In this document: in pieces, positions 29,013 to 38,358 of the stretch | How positions within the stretch are numbered: the first letter of the stretch is position 1 | How the letters are laid out: every line of letters starts with the position of its first letter | Origin: a virus | DNA: 64,000 nucleotides | IMG/VR virus record: IMGVR_UViG_3300023174_000124 | Span: 20,860 to 84,859 of that record | Strand: one strand, 5' to 3' | Translations under genes and position numbers: made by a program | The notes under the pieces: model-generated | Database searches by the model: none | What the model saw: the letters and a program-made list of their open reading frames with translations, nothing else | Told to the model about the DNA's origin: nothing

Positions 29013-29834
29013 TTATTTATGTCCTCCATAATAAAAATAAGAAGCTAAATCACCTAAGATTTGATGAGCATGAGCAATCTTACTCTCTACCCAATCTTCC
29101 ATAGGCATACCACTCTGTATTTTATCTCCTAAAACACCTAACATATCTTGCATTTCACTGATATGTTGTACACTCATATAATTACCATCTACATCAGCTT
29201 GTTGTTCAGAAGCATATCTTCTTAAACCTCTTGCTTTAGAACGACATTCTAAAGCTTTAGATTGTAATGCTGTAATTTTATCTCTTACTAGATTTGTTGC
29301 TTCATATAAAGCACTAATCCCATTCTTTACAGCAGATGCCAAATCTTCACTAATTACACCATGACTTAATAATGTATCTACATCTTGAGTGTCTAATGCT
29401 GATTCTAAAGAAGAAGCCATTTCTTCACATTGGTCAGCTTGAGTTAATAAGTCTTCCATAGACAAATTATAATCAAGACTTCCTAATAAATCATCAGCCA
29501 ATTTACCTTCTTTACTCGCTGTTAAATATCTTTGTTTCAACTTAGCTAATCTAATATATCTAGCTGTCTTAACAGGTTCTACTTTACCTTCATTGATTTC
29601 TTTAATCTTACCTGCATTACCCTCCCATGCTTTAGCTGCTTCAGGATTTCCATGTTCTTTAAGATATTTAGGAACATTTACTTTCTTGCCTGTTTCAAAA
29701 CGACCATATAATTCTTCAGCATCTATTTCATCTGCATATAATTCGGACAAGTCTTGTTCTTCATAAGAACCATAATCATGTCTCATCATTAAAGGTTGTG
29801 TTAAACTAGCTCTTCTACGATTACTATTTCTCAT
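29013..29834 (-). CDS. Modular hypothetical protein
   Basis: Several short modules separated by [KR]xA; C-terminal MEDWVESKI helix module. Confidence 0.7.
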   Translation of the reverse strand: MRNSNRRRASLTQPLMMRHDYGSYEEQDLSELYADEIDAEELYGRFETGKKVNVPKYLKEHGNPEAAKAWEGNAGKIKEINEGKVEPVKTARYIRLAKLKQRYLTASKEGKLADDLLGSLDYNLSMEDLLTQADQCEEMASSLESALDTQDVDTLLSHGVISEDLASAVKNGISALYEATNLVRDKITALQSKALECRSKARGLRRYASEQQADVDGNYMSVQHISEMQDMLGVLGDKIQSGMPMEDWVESKIAHAHQILGDLASYFYYGGHK

Positions 29835-30079
29835 TTTATTTTTCTCCTTTGTTCAGCTTCTTCTTGTGCTGATTCAAAGTCTTCAAAGATGTAAGGGTTT
29901 CTTTTATAAATAGCTCCTATATCACCTATTTTCATAAATAAAATAAATTTTATAAAGGAGCTAAAATGTATGATGTTATGAACATCACTTGAACTTAGAG
30001 CATCTAAAACTAACCAAAATTCACTATTTAAGTTAATTTTATTCTTATGTGGCTTAAAAAATAAACCACATATCTTCAC
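29831..30079 (-). CDS. Small hypothetical protein
   Basis: GTG start abutting upstream stop; ATGA overlap downstream. Confidence 0.5.
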   Translation of the reverse strand: MKICGLFFKPHKNKINLNSEFWLVLDALSSSDVHNIIHFSSFIKFILFMKIGDIGAIYKRNPYIFEDFESAQEEAEQRRKIK

Positions 30080-30640
30080 TTAAAATCTTCTCTTTCTAAG
30101 TGAAGCCATTACTTGACGACCCTCAGGAGTGATTTCATTATCTACCATAAGAGCAGACCTACGAATTAAATATCCATTGTATTTTTCATACCACTTACTA
30201 TAAAATTCTTTACCATCGACTATTCTTACTGTTTCTTCAGGGTCAGGTATATTTGAGTCTGCTACATATACATCATACCCACCACCCTCTTTACCTACAA
30301 CATCAAATATTAAAGAAGCATGACTCCATTCACGACCTTCTGGGTTCCACCCAATAAGTACAGGTTTACCTGCATCTGTCCATTCTTTAACTTGCTTTAA
30401 TGTTGCAGGTGTAACTAAAGTCCCTCTACAACCATAATGTTGAACACAAGCTAATACTGATTCCCAAGATGCTCCTGTCATTGGTCTCGCACCTATAACT
30501 TCATTCACCTCATCTTCATTACATTTAACACCTAAAGCATTTAATGCCATAGCTGTTGATGCAGCTACACATGAAAATTGTGTTCTTTGTCTGATCGGAT
30601 TCACATTAGCTTTCGCTATTCTTCTATTAAACCCATACAT
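30080..30640 (-). CDS. Papain-like cysteine peptidase (C39-like)
   Basis: QRTQFSC (Gln, catalytic Cys), WSHA (His), VADS (Asp). Confidence 0.8.
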   Translation of the reverse strand: MYGFNRRIAKANVNPIRQRTQFSCVAASTAMALNALGVKCNEDEVNEVIGARPMTGASWESVLACVQHYGCRGTLVTPATLKQVKEWTDAGKPVLIGWNPEGREWSHASLIFDVVGKEGGGYDVYVADSNIPDPEETVRIVDGKEFYSKWYEKYNGYLIRRSALMVDNEITPEGRQVMASLRKRRF

Positions 30641-30698
30641 CTTTATATGCTCCTGTAATAAGTTCTTTTTACCTTATAGAAAAATTATTAAAACACTA

Positions 30699-30727
30699 TT
30701 GACAACACTGGGCTTTGTGTGTATAAT
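30699..30727 (+). promoter_or_regulatory. Consensus sigma70 (early) promoter
   Basis: TTGACA-17-TATAAT upstream of AAGGAG and ORF 30759. Confidence 0.85.
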
Positions 30728-30758
30728 ACAAACATACTAACCCTAAAGGAGTCAAACA

Positions 30759-31751
30759 ATGAAGTTAGTAAATAAGATAGCGATAGAAATGTTTGTCATC
30801 GCAAGTAAAACAGATTACCCATTCCTTAGAGATACCTTGTTGCCTAAACTAACAGAAGAATGTGGTGTCCCTATTCTAGTTAATGGTTTTATCTCAATAG
30901 AAGATAAAGAAGCCCTTACCCCACCAAATAGCACAGGTGCTATTTTAATAGCTACTGAAAATACAAAATTACCCTTGTCTTTAAATAAACTAGTTTCAAG
31001 TTCTATTTTGTCTTTATCTGTTCCTGCGATCTTCACCACCACAAGAGACCCTGTTGTTTTAAAGGAAGAGATTTTTGAAGCCTTCCCACCTTTTAGTATA
31101 TATGCTGAAACTGCCAAAGCACTAAAAAAAGGAATACTCCCATCAGCCTTTACTTTTGAAAGTTTTAAAAATCTCCTATTAGAAAATAGAGATTTACTCT
31201 TTAAATTTTTTCCTCTCTCAGAAGATCAATTAAATCCTAATACCAATAAGAAAAAACAAGGTAAATACAAAGAAAACATGGATTTACTTGTTAAGTTTGT
31301 TGAACAAAAAGTACAAGAGTTATGTTCACCTACACTTGTTCTAACTCCTCATTTACTTTTACAATATTTTAAAGATGTTTTCTCATTCTTAAATGAAAAT
31401 CCAAATGATACTTTTACAATAGAGTTTATGAAAACTTGGTTACATGGTGTTCATTTAACATACCCTGAAAAAGATATGTCTTTTTATGAAATGCTTTTCA
31501 CTGATCACTTTCAGTGTGAGATTCCTCTTATATATAGAGAATATTTAAATGATCTACTACCTAAAGTAGTTAATGAGACCCCTATTGATGATACTAAGAG
31601 TATTGAATTTGATACCTTTAACATTTCTTATACTCATGGGGTTTCTCTTTCAATTAAAGAAGTTATCTCATCTAGCTTAAAAACTAATGGATCAATTTCT
31701 ATTGATTCCCTAGAAAATAATAAAATTATCAATTTGCTATTGACAGAATAG
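30759..31751 (+). CDS. Early hypothetical protein
   Basis: Promoter and RBS; C-terminal about 55 aa similar to the 31806 C-terminus. Confidence 0.75.
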   Translation: MKLVNKIAIEMFVIASKTDYPFLRDTLLPKLTEECGVPILVNGFISIEDKEALTPPNSTGAILIATENTKLPLSLNKLVSSSILSLSVPAIFTTTRDPVVLKEEIFEAFPPFSIYAETAKALKKGILPSAFTFESFKNLLLENRDLLFKFFPLSEDQLNPNTNKKKQGKYKENMDLLVKFVEQKVQELCSPTLVLTPHLLLQYFKDVFSFLNENPNDTFTIEFMKTWLHGVHLTYPEKDMSFYEMLFTDHFQCEIPLIYREYLNDLLPKVVNETPIDDTKSIEFDTFNISYTHGVSLSIKEVISSSLKTNGSISIDSLENNKIINLLLTE

Positions 31752-31773
31752 CCTAGAAATGATACAAACACAC
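31740..31773 (+). promoter_or_regulatory. TTGACA box plus copy of the 15-bp motif
   Basis: TTGACA at 31740; atgatacaaacacac at 31759-31773. Confidence 0.5.
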
Positions 31774-31805
31774 TAAATGCGTACCCTTAAAAAAAAGGAC
31801 AAAAA

Positions 31806-33104
31806 ATGAAAGACGATCAAATAGCAACAATGCTAATGAGAGCTAATGAAAACACTGTGGTATTAAGTCAACACAGAGCGATAACTGAATCTTATAATGC
31901 TATCAAAGAAGCAGAAGATAAGTTAAAAAAAGAGAATAAGATTAAAACCTTTGTAGTCGGTGGACATCATCCTTTAATTAGAGATACATGGTTGCCACAA
32001 ATGAGTGAACAGATTGGTTTAAATTTTGTTATGGTAGGGCATAAACTACCAGCAAGAAGAGCAGTAGGGTTTATGCCTGATTGTACTGAATTTGTTTTCT
32101 TAATGAAAGACATGGCAAGTCATGCACTCAGAAATTGGGCAAAAAAAGAAGCTCAGAAATTAAACATTCCTATGCTTGAAACTACTCAAAAAGTTTTAAA
32201 TGCAGTGGAAGATTTTAAGAACTGGTCTACTCGTATGTATGATTTAGGTCAAGAATTGAAAAAACAAAAAGCGATTGCTATCCAAGAAGCATTAGAAAGA
32301 GGGGAAGCAGTGCCTGAAACAGTTAAAGATAATGGCAACTATCTCTATTATGATACTTTCAAATCCCTAGTAGATAATAATATCTATTCTTTTTTCCCTT
32401 ATCATTCCTCTGATGATAAAGAAAATAGAGATTTTTGGTTTGATAAAATTAGAGAGAGCTTAGGTTCTTCTTATACCTACTATATTGACGAACTTGAAGA
32501 ATATATGGATAAGTATTTAACTGAAATCCGTAAAAAGTGTCCTCTTTCTCTCAAATCTAAATGGGTGTATTCCTTCTTTGATGATAAAAACCTTGATCCT
32601 GAAAACCTTAAAAACCCTTCAAGGGTCAATAATTCTTTCAAAGTTATTTTCAATACTCGTTTACCTGATGAATTGAGAAAAGAAGTTTCCGATTTACTTC
32701 ACCTACTACATGGCAGTGATACCCCCCCTGTTGTTGTAGAGGAGGCTCAAGTTCAAGAAACCACAGCTGTTGTAGAACAAACACAAGTAGAAGTTGTTGA
32801 ACAGCCTAAACCTATTGAACCACCTAAACCTATTGAACCACCTAAACCTGTTGAACCACCTAAACCTGTTGAACCACCTAAACCTGTTGAGACTAAGGTT
32901 ATTATTGAACAACCTAAAGTTGTTGAAAATGAAGAAAGAACTATCTCTTTCACTGATTTAAGCCTTACCTTAAAGAAAGGCTCTCAAATTCTACTTAAAC
33001 AAGTTAAAGCTAATAAGCTAGATTTGACACAATCTCAAGGATTAGATGTTTCAATAGATAAAGTTGAAGATGGTATCTTATATAATGTGTTAATTAAATA
33101 CTAA
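31806..33104 (+). CDS. DUF2325-like domain protein with Pro-rich linker
   Basis: VVGGH..VFLMKDMASH..AKKEAQKLNIP; (PKPxEP)n linker. Confidence 0.65.
   Translation: MKDDQIATMLMRANENTVVLSQHRAITESYNAIKEAEDKLKKENKIKTFVVGGHHPLIRDTWLPQMSEQIGLNFVMVGHKLPARRAVGFMPDCTEFVFLMKDMASHALRNWAKKEAQKLNIPMLETTQKVLNAVEDFKNWSTRMYDLGQELKKQKAIAIQEALERGEAVPETVKDNGNYLYYDTFKSLVDNNIYSFFPYHSSDDKENRDFWFDKIRESLGSSYTYYIDELEEYMDKYLTEIRKKCPLSLKSKWVYSFFDDKNLDPENLKNPSRVNNSFKVIFNTRLPDELRKEVSDLLHLLHGSDTPPVVVEEAQVQETTAVVEQTQVEVVEQPKPIEPPKPIEPPKPVEPPKPVEPPKPVETKVIIEQPKVVENEERTISFTDLSLTLKKGSQILLKQVKANKLDLTQSQGLDVSIDKVEDGILYNVLIKY
32805..32891 (+). repeat. 18-bp tandem repeat x4.8 encoding PKP(I/V)EP
   Basis: cctaaacct(a/g)ttgaacca units. 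Confidence 0.95.
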
Positions 33105-33340
33105 ACTTTCTTTTTCTTACGACCTTTAAAATATTGGCTAGGTCTCATATGACAATGCTCTGATTTAGGATTTGAATATTTACAATAGATGCTCCAAGAC
33201 ACTGCCCATGCTTTACCTACATCATAACCTTTATCTATAAGTAATTTAGCTTTTTCTTCTACTTCTTTAGGTAAATTTTTAGCTTGTTTTTTCAACATCG
33301 CTAAACGAATCATCTTTAACTTTTCAGCTTGTGTAAACAT
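33101..33340 (-). CDS. Small basic protein (IRLAMLKKQA tag)
   Basis: AWAVSWSIYCK..SEHC module. Confidence 0.7.
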   Translation of the reverse strand: MFTQAEKLKMIRLAMLKKQAKNLPKEVEEKAKLLIDKGYDVGKAWAVSWSIYCKYSNPKSEHCHMRPSQYFKGRKKKKV

Positions 33341-33390
33341 TTAGATAGCCTTTCATATTTGTATTCTATATAAGCTATCTTATAAACAAA

Positions 33391-33966
33391 TTATACCTTA
33401 CGAGATTTCTTTCTCCATTCCCACCTATCATTCTTCATCTTATTTTCTCTTTGGTGTAAATCGTATGCTTTATTCTTTTGTAAAGCATTTAATTTCATAT
33501 TCCCTTCAACAGTCAAATCACCTGTGTCTTTATCTTGTCTACGAGAAGTAAGACCAATTGTTTGTGGCATAAGAGATTTAATCAACTTAGGGTCAATAGC
33601 ATTAATAGATATATCCCATACCATTTCTAATTGAACACCTTGACATACACTTAAAGGTTTACCATCATAATCACAAGGTAGCTTTTGTCTAAATAGACTA
33701 ATACCTGATCTTGTTTTTAATTCTAATTCAAAAAACCATACAGGCATAGGAGCTTCAGGTCTATCAAATGCCATAGTAAAATATAAGTGTAGGTTCTTAT
33801 CACCGAAAGTAGCTCTACACTGATGTACAATACCCCATTCATGAATAAGAATATATAAGTCATTTGATTCCACAAGGCGACTGATAAATTCTCTTTCAAT
33901 TTCAGTAAGGGGGATATATAAAGATAGGGCATTACCACCACCGAATATATTAGTATCTTGACTCAT
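33391..33966 (-). CDS. Hypothetical protein
   Basis: 191 aa; ATGA overlap with upstream gene. Confidence 0.7.
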   Translation of the reverse strand: MSQDTNIFGGGNALSLYIPLTEIEREFISRLVESNDLYILIHEWGIVHQCRATFGDKNLHLYFTMAFDRPEAPMPVWFFELELKTRSGISLFRQKLPCDYDGKPLSVCQGVQLEMVWDISINAIDPKLIKSLMPQTIGLTSRRQDKDTGDLTVEGNMKLNALQKNKAYDLHQRENKMKNDRWEWRKKSRKV

Positions 33967-34220
33967 TTCTTTTTACCTTTTTTGTCATGTACTTCTAAAT
34001 CTTCTTCTATTTCACCTAGACAAGCATCTTTATCTTTAAAACAAGTATTAGAACAATCGCCACAGACTTTAAATGCTTCACCTTCTCTTAATTTCTTTTT
34101 ATCGGCAGGTAAAGCACAATATTCTAAACAAGTTCTAATCTCATCATGTGTAGGATACTTGTTTTCTTGAGCATATAATAAGGTGAAACATAAGAGTGAA
34201 AGTATAAAGAGATATTTCAT
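33963..34220 (-). CDS. Small Cys-rich exported protein (start likely 34220)
   Basis: AGGAG before MKYLFILSLLCFTLLYA signal peptide; six Cys in the mature part. Confidence 0.65.
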   Translation of the reverse strand: MKYLFILSLLCFTLLYAQENKYPTHDEIRTCLEYCALPADKKKLREGEAFKVCGDCSNTCFKDKDACLGEIEEDLEVHDKKGKKK

Positions 34221-34292
34221 TTTAGCTCCTATTGATTGTATAATGAATTTATATACACTATACAAGTATAAATACACAAATGGAGTAATAAA

Positions 34293-34481
34293 ATGGCTAT
34301 GATGAGAACAGGTTCACCTGCTAGTGCTATTAACACAGAAACAATTAGGGGTTATCAAGATGGTTTAGCAGGGAAACATGAACCACCTACAGAAGCAACA
34401 GCACTAGAATTTTATACTAAGGGACATAATTTAGGTAAAGATGTAAAAGAAGGTAAAGCACAACCACCAGCATGGGCATAA
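34293..34481 (+). CDS. Small hypothetical protein
   Basis: GGAG RBS; GYQDG..YTKG pattern. Confidence 0.65.
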   Translation: MAMMRTGSPASAINTETIRGYQDGLAGKHEPPTEATALEFYTKGHNLGKDVKEGKAQPPAWA

Positions 34482-34524
34482 TATAATATATCTCAGTATT
34501 TCTTGCTGAGAGGATAAATTCTAT

Positions 34525-35211
34525 ATGTATGAATGGTTAGAAGAAATTTTATCTACCATGTTTGTAAGTCCTACCCATTATGCTTACTTAAAATCTCGTG
34601 GTGTAGATGAAAATACAGGTATCTTATTTCATACCTTTGATCCTAATAAAATTAAAATCAATATCCCTTGCCAAAGATTTGTTAATAACTTTGGTGCTAG
34701 AGGTGAGAGATTAAAAGACCACCTTATTATACCTGTGTCTTGTCCTAGAAATAAAATCATAGGATTTGAAGCTAGAACTTGGGACACAGAAGGTAATAAG
34801 AGAGTTCATAAATATATGTTAGATCGTAGCCAATGGCTACCTACTCTTATTAATTCTCATAAAGTAGTTGAGTCTTTATGGAATGGTGATGATATTTATG
34901 TAGTAGAAGGTATCTTTGATTTAGTAGCTTTACAAAAAGCTATTTTACCTCCTCATACAGTATGCTCTACAATGAGAGCAGGTATGGATGAAAATACGAT
35001 TAAACTCTTTGAGAGATTTTATACACCTATGTCATCTATTTATATGTGTTATGATAATGATGAAGCAGGTAAATCTAAATCTCAAGAAGTAGTAAGGAAG
35101 TTAAGTAAATTAGGTATGAGGATTTTTGAATGTAAATATAGGGGTAAAGACCCTAATGATTTATGGACAAGAGAGGGTCTTGAAGGGTTGAATAAATACT
35201 TTATGTTTTAA
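34525..35211 (+). CDS. DnaG-type primase catalytic (Toprim) subunit lacking zinc-binding domain
   Basis: YLKSRG, IIGFEAR, VVEGIFD, YDNDEAG, KDPND. Confidence 0.85.
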   Translation: MYEWLEEILSTMFVSPTHYAYLKSRGVDENTGILFHTFDPNKIKINIPCQRFVNNFGARGERLKDHLIIPVSCPRNKIIGFEARTWDTEGNKRVHKYMLDRSQWLPTLINSHKVVESLWNGDDIYVVEGIFDLVALQKAILPPHTVCSTMRAGMDENTIKLFERFYTPMSSIYMCYDNDEAGKSKSQEVVRKLSKLGMRIFECKYRGKDPNDLWTREGLEGLNKYFMF

Positions 35212-35237
35212 TCTCCTTATATGAGGAGAGATTAAAT

Positions 35238-36083
35238 ATGAATACACAAATTAGAATAAGATATGCTTGTTATATAGCAATAAAAAACACACCTTTAAAG
35301 AAGAGTGCAAATATAGTAAGAAGAGAATTGAATATAAATACACTTGAGGTTTTTGGAAAGCATATAGTAAAGACAGCAGGGTTTGGGTCTTTATCTATTA
35401 AACTTAAACAATTATATGAGGGTTTTCAAAATATGCCTGAATATTGGAATAAGTTTAAAGAGATGATAGGAATGACAGCAGTATCTACATGGGAACAGAT
35501 TAAAGAATTTGATAAGAAATTTGGTGCTTTTTTAGAGATGGGGAAATTAAAACTTAAATATTTAGGTTCTAAATTAAAAAGAGAGTCTGAATTATTGTCA
35601 ATATTTATGAAAGTGTATAGTGATATTCCTTCTTTTACTACTTTATTAGATTCTCTAGTAGAGAAATTGCCTATAAAAGTACAAGCTATACTTAAAGGGG
35701 TAGGTAAAAAAGTAAAACCTTTTGCAAAATTTTTAGATGATCTTTTAAGTCGTAGTGCAACATTAAAAGCCTTGTCTGTACCTATTAAGGCTTACATTTA
35801 TTGGAAGATATGGGTGAGTGTTACTGAAATTTCTTGGAATATTGTAGGTATTATAAAAGGTATGTTAGGTATGATTTCTTGGGAAGAATTATTAGATTCT
35901 TTACCTGAATCAGGTGTAGGCTACTTATTAACTCTCTTATTCCCTGACTTACCTGGTGGTTTAATTTTAAAGTCTTTGCAAATAGGTTGGAATATATTAT
36001 TACCAGCTGCCATAACATTCCAAATGTATTGGCTATATAAAAATGGGTATGTAGATAAAAATTTAAATCCTATTAACCAATAG
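35238..36083 (+). CDS. Membrane protein
   Basis: GAGGAG RBS; C-terminal hydrophobic segments; KSA/KTA near N-terminus. Confidence 0.7.
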   Translation: MNTQIRIRYACYIAIKNTPLKKSANIVRRELNINTLEVFGKHIVKTAGFGSLSIKLKQLYEGFQNMPEYWNKFKEMIGMTAVSTWEQIKEFDKKFGAFLEMGKLKLKYLGSKLKRESELLSIFMKVYSDIPSFTTLLDSLVEKLPIKVQAILKGVGKKVKPFAKFLDDLLSRSATLKALSVPIKAYIYWKIWVSVTEISWNIVGIIKGMLGMISWEELLDSLPESGVGYLLTLLFPDLPGGLILKSLQIGWNILLPAAITFQMYWLYKNGYVDKNLNPINQ

Positions 36084-38358
36084 CTAAATTTTGACCTCTT
36101 GGTATCATAGTCGCTAAGAATGGTGTTCCTGTTATAGGATTTATATCACTCCCACACATAATAGGACCCACTGAAGCACCTGGACTTAATAATGTAATAG
36201 CTGTCCCTCTTAATAGGAGTGCTGCAGGTGTTGTTATACTTACACCTGCATTACCTATAATAGTTGTAAGACCTGCTAATGCTGTTATATTAACATTACC
36301 TACTACTGCTGTATGGGATATACCTGCAGGTGAAATAGAACTAATATTACCATTGGCTGTTTGTGTTATAGTCCCCACACCTACTGTTTGTGTTATTGCA
36401 CCTGTAGGTATTGTCGTTATATCATTTAAGTTAGTTAAAGCGATTGTATTCCTAGTCCCTGCTGTATATGTAGTTTGATCTACAATACCTGGTCCACCTA
36501 TAATCTTAACATCTCTAGGTGGTACAAGAGGATTTAAAGAACTAAAAGCAGAACTTTGTCCCCCCATAACAGTCTGTTTCATTGTATTTGTCTTTATACT
36601 TACAGATTCACCACTATTAATATCAAAATTACTCTGACTTGAGAAAGATAAAGCACTCGCATTTCTTAATCTCACTGAAGGAGCATCTAATACAATCACA
36701 TCACTTGACTTTAATGCTATACTCCCTTTACCCTCTAAGACTATACTATTTCCACCACCATCACCTTTAAAAGTCCCACCTGCAAACATATAGATACTAT
36801 TTCTATTACTCTTAATATCTAAACTACCATCTCCACTTATACTTAATCCTGTACCATATAGAATATCAGTTCCACCTAAGACTTCTAGTCCTAAACCACC
36901 TTCTACTTTAAGTTTAGCACCTAATTCTTCTCTTGTGCCTATATACCCTCTAAAAGCACCACCTTTAGTAAAACCCATATATGTAGGAGCATCTTCACCT
37001 ATAATAGGTTTTATTCTAAATAAAGTAGCTAGGTGGTTTTCTATAGGTAAGTCAGTAGCATCGTCTATAAACCCAAAATCATTTGAATATAAAGGTTTCC
37101 CATATAGCTTTTTACCACCATCAGTAAAAGCATCATTACCTACAACAGTACCTAAAACCCATTCTATATAAGGAGCTTTATCTGAAGCTCCTCTTTCATT
37201 AGGTATTCGGTCTATATCCATACCATCAGTTTGTTCAGTGACAGGTAAAGTACCATCTGTGGTATGATTTAATTCAATACGATATTCGGTAGTAGCTTGA
37301 GTAAAAGTCTTTTTACCTTCAACATCATATCTAAGAATAGCTTTACCACCATAGACATTAAAATCAATTTCTGAACTTGTCTTTAGATTTTCATCTATAA
37401 GGTTAGCTGAGTACATTAACTTATAGGGGTCTATGAATGTAGGAAGATTTTGACCTACATCGTTTTCAAAAGCAGATTTACTGTTTAAACTACCTTTTCT
37501 AAATAAAGGGTGGGGTTGGTAGCTGTCTGTACTATTATCTGCTTTTAAATCAAATTGGGTGATAGGTTTACCTGCTGAGTCAAGTTGAGTAGGGCTGTCC
37601 CAAGCACGACCATCAGAGATAAGATCATAGGGGATAATTCTAGCATCTCTTTGAACCATCCCACCATAAATTCTAGCACCACTCATAGCATGGAATTGTT
37701 GGAGTGATCTAACAACAAGAGCTTGATCTTGGTCTCTTAATCTGATTTCATTAGCTCTTCTATTAGATAATAAGACACCTTCGTCTAGGACAAGATCAGA
37801 GCCTTGAGAAGAAGAAGCACCGATATTACCAGGTTCATAGTGTCTCATTTTATGACGGATACGGTTAATAGTGCCGTCTAGGATTTTTCTATCTTTGGGG
37901 TTATTTAAAAGACCCTCTTCTTCATTAAATGCTTGAGTAGGAATCCATTCATGACCGAGATAGTGTGCTTTGGGAAGCCAAGCGAGAATAGCAGGTCTTT
38001 TATTACCTGCAGCACCTGTAGAGTCGATAACAAACCAACCGACAACACACATATCACCTACTTCAGGAATAGCACCGAGAAAGTGTCTTGAGCCTATACT
38101 AGGGAAGAGTAATTCAACACCATCATAAATAGGTTCTTCTTTTTCACCTTCAAGAACTTTAATAGTGCATCTAAATTCTTCCCAATTGATAGATTGTATT
38201 TTAGCAGTACCTAAAGAAAGAGCTGACCAGCCTGTACTAGGATTATTAGGTCTAGTTAAACTACTCTTAAATTCAGATTTCATTTGACCTTTATCCATTT
38301 TATTTAGTTCCTTTCTTTTCAGTCCACAGAATACCACTACCTGTAAACACATCTCCAC
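36073..38358 (-). CDS. Baseplate spike/hub (gp5/VgrG-like); start probably the internal MDKG
   Basis: OB-fold-like PEVGDMCVVGW; Gly/Thr/Ile-rich beta-helix-like C-terminus; tail context. Confidence 0.6.
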   Translation of the reverse strand: MEMCLQVVVFCGLKRKELNKMDKGQMKSEFKSSLTRPNNPSTGWSALSLGTAKIQSINWEEFRCTIKVLEGEKEEPIYDGVELLFPSIGSRHFLGAIPEVGDMCVVGWFVIDSTGAAGNKRPAILAWLPKAHYLGHEWIPTQAFNEEEGLLNNPKDRKILDGTINRIRHKMRHYEPGNIGASSSQGSDLVLDEGVLLSNRRANEIRLRDQDQALVVRSLQQFHAMSGARIYGGMVQRDARIIPYDLISDGRAWDSPTQLDSAGKPITQFDLKADNSTDSYQPHPLFRKGSLNSKSAFENDVGQNLPTFIDPYKLMYSANLIDENLKTSSEIDFNVYGGKAILRYDVEGKKTFTQATTEYRIELNHTTDGTLPVTEQTDGMDIDRIPNERGASDKAPYIEWVLGTVVGNDAFTDGGKKLYGKPLYSNDFGFIDDATDLPIENHLATLFRIKPIIGEDAPTYMGFTKGGAFRGYIGTREELGAKLKVEGGLGLEVLGGTDILYGTGLSISGDGSLDIKSNRNSIYMFAGGTFKGDGGGNSIVLEGKGSIALKSSDVIVLDAPSVRLRNASALSFSSQSNFDINSGESVSIKTNTMKQTVMGGQSSAFSSLNPLVPPRDVKIIGGPGIVDQTTYTAGTRNTIALTNLNDITTIPTGAITQTVGVGTITQTANGNISSISPAGISHTAVVGNVNITALAGLTTIIGNAGVSITTPAALLLRGTAITLLSPGASVGPIMCGSDINPITGTPFLATMIPRGQNLAIG

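Noticed and set aside
32805-32891. 18-bp repeats as a CRISPR array
   Set aside because: No spacers; in-frame coding tandem repeat
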